From an uncultured Nitrospiraceae bacterium (lineage in GTDB: Bacteria; Nitrospirota; Thermodesulfovibrionia; Thermodesulfovibrionales; Dissulfurispiraceae): a stretch of 64,000 bases of DNA. The DNA lies in NCBI GenBank assembly GCA_963727805.1, contig CAVSHF010000003.1, positions 2,080,001-2,144,000 of the forward strand. The letters run 5' to 3'. The number at the start of each line of letters is the position of its first letter. The stretch's first letter is position 1. The notes under the pieces are model-generated. The model was not told where the DNA came from. It did not search any database and saw nothing but the letters and a program-made list of their open reading frames with translations. Below are positions 50,852 through 62,238 of this stretch, piece after piece. The translations under genes were made by a program, and so were the position numbers.

Positions 50852-51594
50852 TCTACTTCATTTATACATCTTATTGCATTTAATGTCCTTGGATATCCCA
50901 CATAAGGTAATAATTGAGTAACAGTACTAAGTAATACTTCTTTATTATTTCCAACATTTAAATTGCCTTGTATATGCCCTGTTAACTGTGCCTCACATCC
51001 ACCCAAAGATAAAATCATGGAAAACGTTAAAAGCTCTCTTGTTTTTATGTCTAATCCTTTTCTGGTATAAAAATCACCAAAACAATTTGCAGATAAATAT
51101 TTTTGAATATGAAGCTGATTTGCCGGTGATTCGTTATACATTTTATCAATCATTCCTCCAAAAATTGATTTTTGTATTTCTAATCCTTTTTCAAATCGTG
51201 TTTCGGGTGAGGTGGTAGATTGTCCTTCTAATGGCAGCTTTATTCCCCTTCTTTCCATAATTTCATTTGTGGCAATGATAAAATCAAATGCTTTTGCAAT
51301 TCCAACATAAGGCACAGCCTGATATACAATTTCTTTTACTTCAATCGGAGTTACACCTCCATTCAGTGCACCGTCGAGCATCACTTTATATTCGCCTAGA
51401 GCCTGGCTTGCAATCATTGATCCCAAAATAACCATTAACCTTGTTCTGGTATCTAAGTTTCCATAACTAAGCACTTCGTCAAATGCAAAATTGTCAAATA
51501 CTTCTATCAGTTCCGGATCTGTTATTTTTAATGTGGATTTACGATTTGGGAATAGTTCCTCATGGTTTTTGTTTGCTGTTTCACTCACACTCAT
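50836..51594 (-). CDS. carboxymuconolactone decarboxylase family protein (two CMD domains)
   Basis: FDNFAFDEV, YQAVPYVG, NCFGDFYTR, LPYVGYPRTLNA; AT-rich. Confidence 0.9.
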   Translation of the reverse strand: MSVSETANKNHEELFPNRKSTLKITDPELIEVFDNFAFDEVLSYGNLDTRTRLMVILGSMIASQALGEYKVMLDGALNGGVTPIEVKEIVYQAVPYVGIAKAFDFIIATNEIMERRGIKLPLEGQSTTSPETRFEKGLEIQKSIFGGMIDKMYNESPANQLHIQKYLSANCFGDFYTRKGLDIKTRELLTFSMILSLGGCEAQLTGHIQGNLNVGNNKEVLLSTVTQLLPYVGYPRTLNAIRCINEVDWPLS

Positions 51595-51706
51595 GTTTAC
51601 ACCCTTCTTTCATAAAATTATTGTTCGTGTTCATTTTTGCTGCTCACCTATTTGCAAATAAATATTTTGTTGCTAGAGACATTTTCTCCAAGCTTAGTCC
51701 TTCACT

Positions 51707-52246
51707 TTATATTTTTCCCCCCATTTCATAGGCTTCTTTCAATGCCGGCTTGCCTTTGATGTCGCCTATATTCCAGGCACCAGTGCCATAGATAATACCC
51801 TTTTCTTTAGCTCCGCTCAGGCATGAGGTAAATCCTCTAAACCCTTCAAGAGTTCTCTCCATAGCCCGTTTGCTGCTGTCTGCGGCAGCCACTATGAAAT
51901 AAAACTCCTTATTGTTGATTTCAGTATAGCGAGAACAGGTTCTGTCAATAAGCGTTTTCATCTGTGCGTTCATGGTATAAAAATAGACAGGCGTTGCCAT
52001 CACAATCACATCAGCCGCAATCATTTTCTCGAGAACTTCAGACATGTCATCTTTCTGAGGACAGCGCTTTTTGCCGTTATAGCAAGTACTGCAACCCATG
52101 CAGTAATTTATTTTTTTGTCTTTTAAGAATATTTTTTCTGCATGGAATCCAACCGCTTGTGCTCCCGACATAAATTGGTCACATAGCAGGTCAGAATTGC
52201 CGCCCCTTCTCGGACTAGCGGACAGCACTAATACTTTTTTACTCAT
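51707..52246 (-). CDS. flavodoxin family / iron-sulfur flavoprotein
   Basis: SPRRGGNS, CMGCSTC..CPQKDD, TPVYF, MKTLIDR; ATG 52246 after GGAGG. Confidence 0.9.
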   Translation of the reverse strand: MSKKVLVLSASPRRGGNSDLLCDQFMSGAQAVGFHAEKIFLKDKKINYCMGCSTCYNGKKRCPQKDDMSEVLEKMIAADVIVMATPVYFYTMNAQMKTLIDRTCSRYTEINNKEFYFIVAAADSSKRAMERTLEGFRGFTSCLSGAKEKGIIYGTGAWNIGDIKGKPALKEAYEMGGKI

Positions 52247-52340
52247 TAATTGCATCCTCCATTTTGATAAATCATATTGTGCTTGTTCACTCGACTTCTT
52301 ATTTGTTGTGACGCTTTTGCATTGTTTCCTCCTCTGAGTG

Positions 52341-53408
52341 TCACGCCGGTTGCTCAGATTTGAGAGACGCCATGTCGATGGAGAAGCGGTACTTCACATC
52401 AGACTTTACCATTCTCTCGTAGGCTTCGTTGACCTTCTGGATGGGGATTACTTCCACATCGGCGGTGATGTTGTGCTTGCCGCAGAAGTCGAGCATCTCC
52501 TGTGTCTCTGCGATGCCGCCTATGAGCGATCCAGAGAGACTGCGGCGTCCGAACAGCAAAGCGAAGGCAGAGACCGCGAAAGGCTTCTCCGACGCCCCCA
52601 CGAGGGTAAGGTTACTGTCGCGGCCGAGCATATTGATGTAGGCGTTGATGTCGTGCTCGGCGGCTATGGTATCGAGGATGAAGTTGAACGTGCTGGCGTG
52701 TTTCTGCATCTCTTCAGCTTTGGTGGAAATGATGACCTCATCGGCTCCCAGGCGGAGCGCATCCTCTTTCTTGCTGGGGGAGGTCGTGAAGACAACGACG
52801 TGGGCTCCGAAGGCATGGGCAAGCTTGACCCCCATATGACCCAGTCCCCCGAGACCGACCACGCCGACTTTCTTGCCCTTGGTGACGCCCCAGCGGCGCA
52901 TCGGAGAGTATGTAGTAATCCCGGCGCAAAGCAGTGGTGCGACCCCGGCAAGATCGAGGTTGGTGGGGACGCGCAGAACGAAGTGTTCATCGACGACGAT
53001 ACTTTCCGAGTATCCGCCGTAGGTGACGCCACCCAGATGTTTGTCAGGGGAGTTGAAGGTGAGGGTCTGGTTTGGGCATAATTGTTCCAGGCCATCCCGG
53101 CAATTCGGGCAGGTGTGGTCTGAATCGACTAGGCAGCCGACGCCCACAAGGTCGCCCGGCTTGAACTTCGTGACGCCGGAACCGACTTGGGTGACCCGGC
53201 CGACGATCTCATGGCCCGGAACGCAGGGATAGACCGTAGGCATGATGCTGCTCCACTCGTTGCGAACCGTGTGGAGGTCGGAGTGACAGATGCCGCAGAA
53301 AAGGATTTCGATCTGCACGTCGTGTTCTGTCGTATCGCGTCGCGGGATCTTGGTGGACGCCAGCGGCGATGTCTCACTGGCAGCGGAGTAAGCTTTGGCT
53401 TTGAACAT
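52341..53408 (-). CDS. NADP-dependent Zn alcohol dehydrogenase (YahK/CAD-like)
   Basis: CGICHSD, GHE, PLLCAGITTY, GLGGLGH, VKYRF. Confidence 0.94.
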   Translation of the reverse strand: MFKAKAYSAASETSPLASTKIPRRDTTEHDVQIEILFCGICHSDLHTVRNEWSSIMPTVYPCVPGHEIVGRVTQVGSGVTKFKPGDLVGVGCLVDSDHTCPNCRDGLEQLCPNQTLTFNSPDKHLGGVTYGGYSESIVVDEHFVLRVPTNLDLAGVAPLLCAGITTYSPMRRWGVTKGKKVGVVGLGGLGHMGVKLAHAFGAHVVVFTTSPSKKEDALRLGADEVIISTKAEEMQKHASTFNFILDTIAAEHDINAYINMLGRDSNLTLVGASEKPFAVSAFALLFGRRSLSGSLIGGIAETQEMLDFCGKHNITADVEVIPIQKVNEAYERMVKSDVKYRFSIDMASLKSEQPA

Positions 53409-53445
53409 GGATTAATCCTCCTGTTGGTTTTGTTCTTGTGCTGAA

Positions 53446-53841
53446 TCAGCTTTTATATTGTTCGTCGCTGACATGTTCCATCCAATCGGCGCTTTTGCCG
53501 TCGAGCTGTTCCACAATGGCAATGTGCGTCATGGCTGTGGTTGCCGCGGCGCCGTGCCAATGCTTTTCACCAGGTGCGATCCAGACCACGTCGCCGGGCC
53601 GGATTTCCTGGATCGGGCCACCCCAGCGCTGTACCAAGCCGCAGCCTGCCGTCACGATTAGGGTCTGTCCCAGCGGGTGGCTGTGCCATGCTGTGCGAGC
53701 GCCAGGCTCGAAAGTGACAGTGGCGCCGAGCGCGCGTGCCGGATCGTTTGCCTGAAATAGTGGGTCAACACGTACAGTGCCGGTGAAATACTCGACAGGT
53801 CCTTTGCTGGAAGGTTGTGAGCCACTTCTTTTGATTTCCAT
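53446..53841 (-). CDS. cupin-domain protein
   Basis: [26 protein letters not shown]. Confidence 0.92.
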   Translation of the reverse strand: MEIKRSGSQPSSKGPVEYFTGTVRVDPLFQANDPARALGATVTFEPGARTAWHSHPLGQTLIVTAGCGLVQRWGGPIQEIRPGDVVWIAPGEKHWHGAAATTAMTHIAIVEQLDGKSADWMEHVSDEQYKS

Positions 53842-53981
53842 ATTTTGAATTCCTCAAATGATTGTCTTCTTATTTGGACATCTATTGTCAGGCGGAATTT
53901 ACATCTCCTGACGCGTGGGTTGGAACAGTCTCGTTCACATCCATCTCCACTGGCTTGAATCCTCCTTGCTATGACGATCGC

Positions 53982-54998
<1,017 letters not shown>

Positions 54999-55079
54999 CT
55001 ACTTTCTTAAAGTTTACTAACATCCATTTGCAACTCTACTGATGATTTTATTGTAATTATGAAAGAACAAAGTCAGGTA

Positions 55080-55110
55080 GACCAATCCTGCTCATTTATT
55101 GCCTAATCCT
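55080..55110. promoter_or_regulatory. putative AraC tandem binding site
   Basis: AATCCT direct repeats at 55084 and 55105 (21 bp apart) in the divergent AKR/AraC spacer. Confidence 0.45.
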
Positions 55111-55175
55111 ACTAATTCTTCGATAAATAGGTTGTAAACTAAGTGGCGTCTGGTAATATTAGAGAGGAGGTATAA

Positions 55176-56120
55176 ATGAATAAGCAGGCTGTCAATAGGT
55201 CATTTGGGAATAACAACATGGAAGTTGCGCTTGAAGCGTTGGGAAAGAGCATTGCCCGATGGACCGATAAAGGCGACAAGGTCATGACCGCGGTCCCAGG
55301 CTTGTCACTCTATCGGCGGGACGAACCGACCCAGCCGACGATAATCATGTACGAACCGCGCATTTGCGTGATCGCACAAGGGGCAAAACGCGTGCTGCTC
55401 GGGGACGACACGTATGAGTATGACTCCCACCATTTCTTGATTACGTCTGTGGATCTGCCCACGGTTGTGCAGGTTATCAAAGCGAGCCGGGAGAAGCCTT
55501 ACCTGGGGCTCATATTGAAGCTTGATCAGCGCGAAATATCACAGCTAATGGTGGACAGCAATCTTCCCCTGCCGCGTGCCCAACAATCAAGCCGCGGAAT
55601 GGCGACCGGCAAGGTCACGTTACCGCTGCTCGCAGCCTTTCAACGGTTGATCGACGTACTTGATGAACAGAAGGACATTCCGATTCTGGCGCCGATCATC
55701 AAGCGGGAAATTTTTTACCGCTTGCTAGTGGGCGATCAAGGCGTTCGTCTGCGCCAGATGGCGTCGGCAGGAAGTCAGAGTCAACAGATAGCGCGCGCAA
55801 TCGATTGGTTAAAAAGTAACTTCACACTGCCGTTGCGTATCGATGACCTTGCGACGCAAGTCAATATGAGCACATCGACCTTCCATCATCATTTCCGATC
55901 TCTGACGGCCATGAGCCCGTTGCAGTACCAAAAATGGTTGCGTTTGAATGAAGCGCGGAGGTTGATGCTCGCCGATCGTCTGGATGCAACAACAGCGGCA
56001 TTTCAGGTCGGCTATGAAAGCCCATCCCAATTCAGCCGCGAGTACAATCGTTTGTTTGGCGACTCACCATTGCGCGACATCACGAATCTGCGTCAAATGG
56101 CTGCTATGGAGACGGCCTGA
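55176..56120 (+). CDS. AraC-family regulator (YqhC-like)
   Basis: CVIAQGAK N-domain, MSPLQYQKWLRL, VGYESPSQFSREY. Confidence 0.94.
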   Translation: MNKQAVNRSFGNNNMEVALEALGKSIARWTDKGDKVMTAVPGLSLYRRDEPTQPTIIMYEPRICVIAQGAKRVLLGDDTYEYDSHHFLITSVDLPTVVQVIKASREKPYLGLILKLDQREISQLMVDSNLPLPRAQQSSRGMATGKVTLPLLAAFQRLIDVLDEQKDIPILAPIIKREIFYRLLVGDQGVRLRQMASAGSQSQQIARAIDWLKSNFTLPLRIDDLATQVNMSTSTFHHHFRSLTAMSPLQYQKWLRLNEARRLMLADRLDATTAAFQVGYESPSQFSREYNRLFGDSPLRDITNLRQMAAMETA

Positions 56121-56499
56121 CCGGTATTGCCCGTTCTGATCATAAGGTACTTCGGCGAGTTTCCAAGGCATTCTTGAATTGCGGGCCGAGGATTTCCGTT
56201 TCATAACCGATAGAATTTCATGATGACCTCCTGTGCGGAGTTCAGAAAGTTCTCATACCAAGCTGACTGATCCGTCTAGGTGCGGATAACGACATGCAAT
56301 TGCGGTTGTCAAATTTCCAGCAACGATGGAGGGGACAGACGGCAATCATCATACCGCAAGAAATATGGAAATCAATGTTACTTCTATGTTAAAAAGGCAA
56401 GACCTTTCCACCCGACATAGTATGCTGCAATGTCTGTTTAGCAAGCGCCATCCTCAAACCCCAACCTTTTATAAGCAGACAGTCTTCGTCTATGAAGGA

Positions 56500-56595
56500 C
56501 TCTCCGCTTCTAAGACTTCTTGCTACCTTGCGGCAGTCTACTCGGTCGATCTTCTTCGCTCTCTCCTTGTCCTTTGTTGGTAAATCGGCCGGATA
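56500..56595 (-). pseudogene. IS110-family transposase fragment
   Basis: PADLPTKDKERAKKIDRVDCRKVARSLRSGE resembles the KTD..D motif region of IS110 transposases. Confidence 0.55.
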
Positions 56596-56769
56596 TTCTT
56601 TGATAAAGAGGTATATCAACTCCTGTTAGAATACCAAGTTCGAATGGTATTTCACTAGCAGTACGAATTTAAGGCGCTAGCGTCCACCATTGATAGATTT
56701 CTAATCATTTTTAGCTTTCTTTTAGCACTGGTACCCAAAAATAGCACGCCAGACTGAAGGGGGCGAGTA

Positions 56770-58407
56770 CTTTATCTTCTCAAGAGAGGCAGTACCTCTA
56801 TTTCAGAATCCAGACATCTAAAGACCTTCGAGCTTTCTTTTCTGACCGTGACATTGAGAAAAGCTTAAAGACCCGCCTTATCACTCATGCTAAAATAGAA
56901 AGCAGTGCGCTTTTCTATAAACTCAACTAATCTTCATGATGATAAGGAGCGGCATGTTAACAGATGTTCAGATAAAGATGCTTATTAGACAGTTCATAGA
57001 CAGTATCTTAAAAGGCTGTGAGGAAAGCCGCCTTTGTGGTTATGGTCTTCCTTCCGATGAAGATGCCCTAGACGATGCTATAGACGCTCACGAAGAAAAG
57101 ATAGCCGAATACAGGGAAGCTTTAGCTTTCAATCAAATAAAGCCTGTTCAACACATCGTAGATGAATTGATACAGCATGCCTCTTTGCCAGTGTATAACC
57201 AGTCAGAGGAGTACACAAAGCTCTCGAGAGAGGTCCTAAAGGCTCTTATCAAGGTCATGCAGATAGAGAAGGAGAGGTTGAGGGGTAACTATAAGAACTC
57301 TTACGACAAGATGTTAACAGCATCCCTTGTCTCGTCTCCTGTGATCACAAAGGAAGAAAGACCGTCCAAATCCTTAGCCGATGTCATAGACGAGTATTCA
57401 AGGGAGAAGATAAGTAAAAAAGATTGGACGCCAAAAGCCGCATATGAGAATGCCGGAATATACAGACTTCTTCAGATAATTTCAACCAATATCCTCAACG
57501 TGAATACGGAGAATATTAGGCTTTGGGATCGGTGCATATCGATTAAATATTCCGAAGTCCTCTCTAAACTACCCGCTAACGTGAGAAAGAAGAAGGCTTT
57601 TCGTAACCTATCTCTTGAGGAAATCTATGAAGCTGTATTAAGGAAGTCTGTCGAACCTATGAGTACAAGGACTTATAATAAGCACCTAGAACGTGTTAGC
57701 GCAATGTTTACATGGGCGGCTAAGCAAGGTTACATTGAACGTACCCCTGCCGAAGGCCTTACTGTTAAGAAAGACCATGTAGAGTCGCAAGAGCGTGATG
57801 CTTACGACAAAGACGATTTACAAAAGCTTTTTAGTTGTCCGGTTTATGCCTCTCCTAATACCAAAGAGCCTGAGAAGTTTTTTATCCCCTTGCTTACCCT
57901 CTATGGCGGTCTGCGTTTAGAAGAAGTCTGTCAGCTTTACTGTGAAGATATTAAGGAAATAAACGGCATGCTGTGTATTGATATAAACAATAACCACGAC
58001 AAACGTCTTAAGACGCCTTCTAGCAAGCGTCTAGGATACATCCCTCTCTTCTTGACTTAGGCTTTCTCCGATACTGTCAGACCGTTAAAGGCTTATGCCT
58101 TTGGGAGAACCTACATAAAGGCTGTGATGGTTACGGAGACGCTTTCGGCAAGTGGTATCAAAGAGTAAACCGTGACTTTATCACTAAGAATAGTAAGCGT
58201 GTATTCCGTTCCTTCAGACTTACTTTTATCAATAACCTGCAGCAAAAAGAAGTCCCCGAAACGATCATAGCTGAGTTAGTCGGTCATTCTTTAGACTCTC
58301 TAAAACATGGGCGTCAGGGTAAACGGTATGATATCGATGTTCTCCTTGATGCTATCAATAAGCTTGATTACGGGATTGACTTAAAAGACCTCGGAATCTG
58401 GAAATAA
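56770..58407 (+). pseudogene. tyrosine integrase with DUF6538-like N-terminus, inactivated
   Basis: YFRIQTSKDLR..IEKSLKT frameshifted from the 56936 ORF (GLRLEEVCQL, KTPSSKR). C-terminus is in another frame, with FRSFRLT (for HSFRH), VGH and GRQGK (for GRYGK). Confidence 0.85.
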
Positions 58408-58817
58408 ATAGACACCAGTTCCAGTTCATTTCGGACGTTAAATATGCGTTAACATCCATTGCTCTTTGTAAGTCTATGAGTGCTGTTATTGGAGCACTTT
58501 TGACTTTCCTGTGGGAAATCTTTGTCGCTCCTACATCGCTCAGAATTGGCAACAGTTGGTAAATTCAACTCAAGTGGATGGTATGCTTATACTTCTGCAG
58601 TAATCCGCCGCTATAATCGCTCAAAAAATGTGCGGATTAAAAAAGGTTAAATCCTCGCCCCGCAAGAGTCGCTCTTTTATCATATAATAAAAGGAGCACA
58701 GTTAATTTAGAGCATCCTCGCTTGCAACGCGCTGTGAAAGAGCACAAGCATAGTACTTGACGATGTCCACATTTCTCACTGATGCTATTAACGAAGTGCT
58801 TTGATATAATGCAAAGT

Positions 58818-59093
58818 ATGATGAAGAAAAGTGGAGTTACCATTCATGACGGATGGGTCCTCTATATTCTCACCTGTAGAGGAGACCGCTTATACACAGG
58901 TATCAGTAATGACTTACCCAGTCGCTTGAGAGCTCATAAAGAGGGAAGAGGTAGTAAGTTCGTCAAGGCCTTCAGTCCGTTTACACTGGCAGGAGTGGTC
59001 CCCTGTAAAGACGCGACTGAAGCCAGAAAGCTGGAGAGCAGGGTCAAAAAGATGAGAAGATCTGAGAAATTGGATTTCATTAAGCCTCGTTAA
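58818..59093 (+). CDS. GIY-YIG nuclease (UPF0213-like)
   Basis: LYILTC..LYTGISNDL..RL..H..G.GSKF; start uncertain. Confidence 0.8.
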   Translation: MMKKSGVTIHDGWVLYILTCRGDRLYTGISNDLPSRLRAHKEGRGSKFVKAFSPFTLAGVVPCKDATEARKLESRVKKMRRSEKLDFIKPR

Positions 59094-59325
59094 GGCAAGT
59101 GTGCAACAAAAGGGCGGAAAGGAGTTACTGCCGCGGATAAAGATTGAGAGATGCGTGGTGATTGTCTTTTGGAATCTCCCAAGAGTCCTTTACATATAAT
59201 GCACAACTTCTTCCCGCTCCAATATTTTCCGGGGAACACAATGTCATGTAATATTGCAGATCTAATTCAGTAAGAATTTTGTTCTTGTGTGCTCAAGGAT
59301 AATTAAGTGAATAATTATATCGCAT

Positions 59326-60650
59326 CAGAAGCGTCCCAACGTTAATCGAACAATATCAACTGGTTCTCGGACAACGTGTCGTTATCGCCGATCTGTGTAT
59401 CTGTAAGTATCTGTATTAAAGGTGTTCTCTCAAACATGGTCACGCTCAATATCTGTAGAATCGTATAGAGACTTGCCTGTAATTTGAGACGTTTCTTTAT
59501 GATCGCCACCAGAACATATATCGATACGGCGATCCAAACCTGAGTTTTGACTGCATTGTCGCTTGTTCCGTAGAAACTCTTGATTCTGAGGTTCTGTTTG
59601 ATCCACTTGAAAAAGAGTTCCACCTGCCACCGGCATCGATATAGTTGAGCTATCGTCATTGCTGGAAGCGTGAAATTGTTGGTAAGAAATACCAGAGTCT
59701 TGTCCAATTCGGCGTCGTGATATTTGATCTTGCGAATTTTCTCCGGATAGTGAGAGGCCGAATAGAATCCGGTTAGCGTACCGCTTTGATCGCAGATAAG
59801 CCCCGTTGTCCGATCTACAGGATGGGAATACTGTCTGCGAAATTTGAAATTGGATTTGCCTCGGGTGACGAAGAACGCCCTGCTCAAATGCAACATATAC
59901 AGTCTGGCAAAATCCAGATATCCTCGGTCCATTATGTAGAATGCTCCTGGCTCTATAACAAGACAATCCAGAATATTTACTTCGTGCATCTTGCCATCGC
60001 TTATATGAATGAACGTTGGGATGTTGCCGCGAAGATCCAGTAGCGTATGGAGCTTGACTGCAGCCTTTGTCTGACGAAAATGCGCCCATGGGAATACTGA
60101 TAGACACAGGTCGATAGTCGTTGCATCCAGTGCGTATACCGTCTGATCCAGTTGCACGCCGAAGTCTTCGTCCAAATAAAGTGCACGGGCTTTCTGAATC
60201 AGGCAATGAGCGAAGTCGGCATAGATGCGCCAGTCCCTTACCTTGTTGGCGTTGGCCAAGGTGTTTCTGGATACATTGCCACGAATGCCCATGTGATAGA
60301 GTTTGCTTCTTTGAGATCGAAGGCACGATTCGATATCTCTCAGACTTTCCCGATAGGTCAGTTGCGCAAAGGCCATGCATAGATACTGATCCAGACAAGT
60401 GAAGTCTTTGATCTTGTAATTCCCACGATAACGGTTGACGCTCCGATGAAAGGCTGGTAGTGGTATGTGTTCGACGACCTGAGAGAAAATCAGCTTGCCT
60501 GTATACATGGGTACGCTCCTCGTGTTTGTTACCACGAGAATGACGGATGCCCAAACTTCTTTTCAAGTCGTTTTCGTGCTCCATTATCAATTCCATATGT
60601 TATTTCAATATGTTAAACTCAATCCGTCATTAAACGTTGGGACACTTCTG
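59326..60650 (-). mobile_element. intact IS4-family insertion sequence, 1325 bp
   Basis: Terminal IRs CAGAAGCGTCCCAACGTT / AACGTTGGGACACTTCTG (1 mismatch in 18); 9-bp target duplication ATATCGCAT at 59317-59325 and 60651-60659. Confidence 0.93.
59342..60508 (-). CDS. IS4-family DDE transposase (DUF4372 N-terminus)
   Basis: FAQLTYRESLRDIE, LDATTI, MDRGY, YRCRWQVELFFKWIKQ; GAGGAG RBS. Confidence 0.95.
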   Translation of the reverse strand: MYTGKLIFSQVVEHIPLPAFHRSVNRYRGNYKIKDFTCLDQYLCMAFAQLTYRESLRDIESCLRSQRSKLYHMGIRGNVSRNTLANANKVRDWRIYADFAHCLIQKARALYLDEDFGVQLDQTVYALDATTIDLCLSVFPWAHFRQTKAAVKLHTLLDLRGNIPTFIHISDGKMHEVNILDCLVIEPGAFYIMDRGYLDFARLYMLHLSRAFFVTRGKSNFKFRRQYSHPVDRTTGLICDQSGTLTGFYSASHYPEKIRKIKYHDAELDKTLVFLTNNFTLPAMTIAQLYRCRWQVELFFKWIKQNLRIKSFYGTSDNAVKTQVWIAVSIYVLVAIIKKRLKLQASLYTILQILSVTMFERTPLIQILTDTQIGDNDTLSENQLILFD

Positions 60651-60776
60651 ATATCGCATGTGACATAATTATTCACTTAAAAGTATTTTCTTATTTATTA
60701 GTGCATGATGCCCCTACAATGAACTGGATAAGCAACGAAGTCATTAGGAGAACTTCCAATAATTCTCAAAATGTTG

Positions 60777-60805
60777 TAGATTACACTTGCTAGAAGTGTA
60801 ATCTA
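60777..60805. promoter_or_regulatory. perfect 12-5-12 inverted repeat upstream of the GGDEF gene
   Basis: TAGATTACACTT-GCTAG-AAGTGTAATCTA. Confidence 0.5.
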
Positions 60806-60845
60806 TAGTAAAATTACTCCTTAGAGTTATTGTGAGGCGTATAAG

Positions 60846-61772
60846 ATGAGGGATCAACAGAAAACAAAAGAACAATTGATAAATGAATTGAGGGGATTGC
60901 GCCAGCAGATTGCAGAAGTGAAAGGATCGGAACATCATTATCGGCACGTCATTGAGGACGTAGCAGATGTCATCTACACTCTCTCGCCCAGTGGAGCAAT
61001 CATGTCTCTAAACCCGGCATTCGAAAAAATTACGGGCCTGTCACATATTGAGTGGATTGGGAACAACTTTGATCAACTAATTCATCCTGCTGATCTGTCG
61101 TCTGCCATGGAGAAATTTCAATACGCCCTAAGCGGGGTAGCGCAATCGAAGTTTGAATTACGGACTCTCACAAAATCAGGCGAATATCTGGTAGGTGAAT
61201 TCACTGCAACACCACAGATACAGGATGGGAAGGTGGTCAGAGTGTTGGGCATTGCCCGAGATATCACCGAGCAGAAGAAGATGGAGGAAAAGCTACGCGC
61301 TCTATCTCTTACCGATGAACTTACAGGTCTCTACAACCGGCGAGGATTCTTTGCTCTAGTTGATCATCTTCTAAAGTCTGTTAAACGGCGCAATGCAAGA
61401 GTACTCATGCTTTATGCCGACCTGGACAATATGAAGGGGATTAATGATTCATTGGGCCACCAGGTTGGAGACAAGGCGCTAGTGGATACTGCCAATCTCT
61501 TGAAAGCAACGTATCGGGAGTCTGATATTATTGCACGCATTGGCGGAGACGAGTTTGTAGTTGTACCAGTGGGGACGAACGGCGACACTATCGAGGTAAT
61601 TACGGCTCGCCTACAAAAAAATATTGATACATATAATGCAAAAAGTAATCGGAGATTCAGGATTTCGATGAGTTTGGGCATTTCTTGCTATGATCCAAAA
61701 TTCCCTTGTTCTATTGACGAGATGCTTGCGCAAGGGGACAAGGCGATGTATGAGAAGAAAAAGCTCAAATAG
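60846..61772 (+). CDS. PAS-GGDEF diguanylate cyclase
   Basis: PAS/PAC (IHPAD, IARDITE), DELTGLYNRR, RESD I-site, GGDEF. Confidence 0.93.
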   Translation: MRDQQKTKEQLINELRGLRQQIAEVKGSEHHYRHVIEDVADVIYTLSPSGAIMSLNPAFEKITGLSHIEWIGNNFDQLIHPADLSSAMEKFQYALSGVAQSKFELRTLTKSGEYLVGEFTATPQIQDGKVVRVLGIARDITEQKKMEEKLRALSLTDELTGLYNRRGFFALVDHLLKSVKRRNARVLMLYADLDNMKGINDSLGHQVGDKALVDTANLLKATYRESDIIARIGGDEFVVVPVGTNGDTIEVITARLQKNIDTYNAKSNRRFRISMSLGISCYDPKFPCSIDEMLAQGDKAMYEKKKLK

Positions 61773-62238
61773 GGTCTTAATACAAAGTCTTATAGAAAAC
61801 GTCCTAGTAATACCTGATTTTATAACTACATGACCCCTATTTTAGTTCTACCTTCTTTATTGCGATTTTTCAGGAGGTCTTTCAAAGATTCTACCTTTTT
61901 TGCTTCGATCTCCTTTTCATTTGTGGGTTCAGTCCAAGGCTGTGTAACCGACCAGATTATCACGCCACTGAGAGGCGGTTCGATGTAAGCACCGGGGGGT
62001 TATTTATTCAGTGGGTAGACCCCTCCAACATCTTCAGACTATATCAGATTTATATCAGATTATTCATTCTGGTTCAACTCCACTGACTTCAGCGCGAGCA
62101 TAGCATGAAATACTCGTTTAATTCGATCTCAGATAGATCTTTGTTTTCATCCCTGATAAGGGTAATCTTATTATAATTAGCGTCTCTGCTTGTCGTTCGC
62201 GGGGCGAATAAATTCTAACTTTTTAAGGAGGATCAATA

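Noticed and set aside
52338..53081. 247-aa antisense ORF over the alcohol dehydrogenase
   Set aside because: Codon-register antisense shadow of a GC-rich gene; no RBS or recognisable motifs.
56675..56690. GCGTCCACCA as an att copy of the ssrA 3' end before the integrase
   Set aside because: Only 9 of 10 bases match; too short to distinguish from chance.
56936..58060. Functional integrase
   Set aside because: Frameshifted at both ends and catalytic residues lost; recorded as a pseudogene.
58980..58986. Isolated TTTACAC hits (also near 51596) as KdpE sites
   Set aside because: Single half-sites without the spaced array or a downstream -10.
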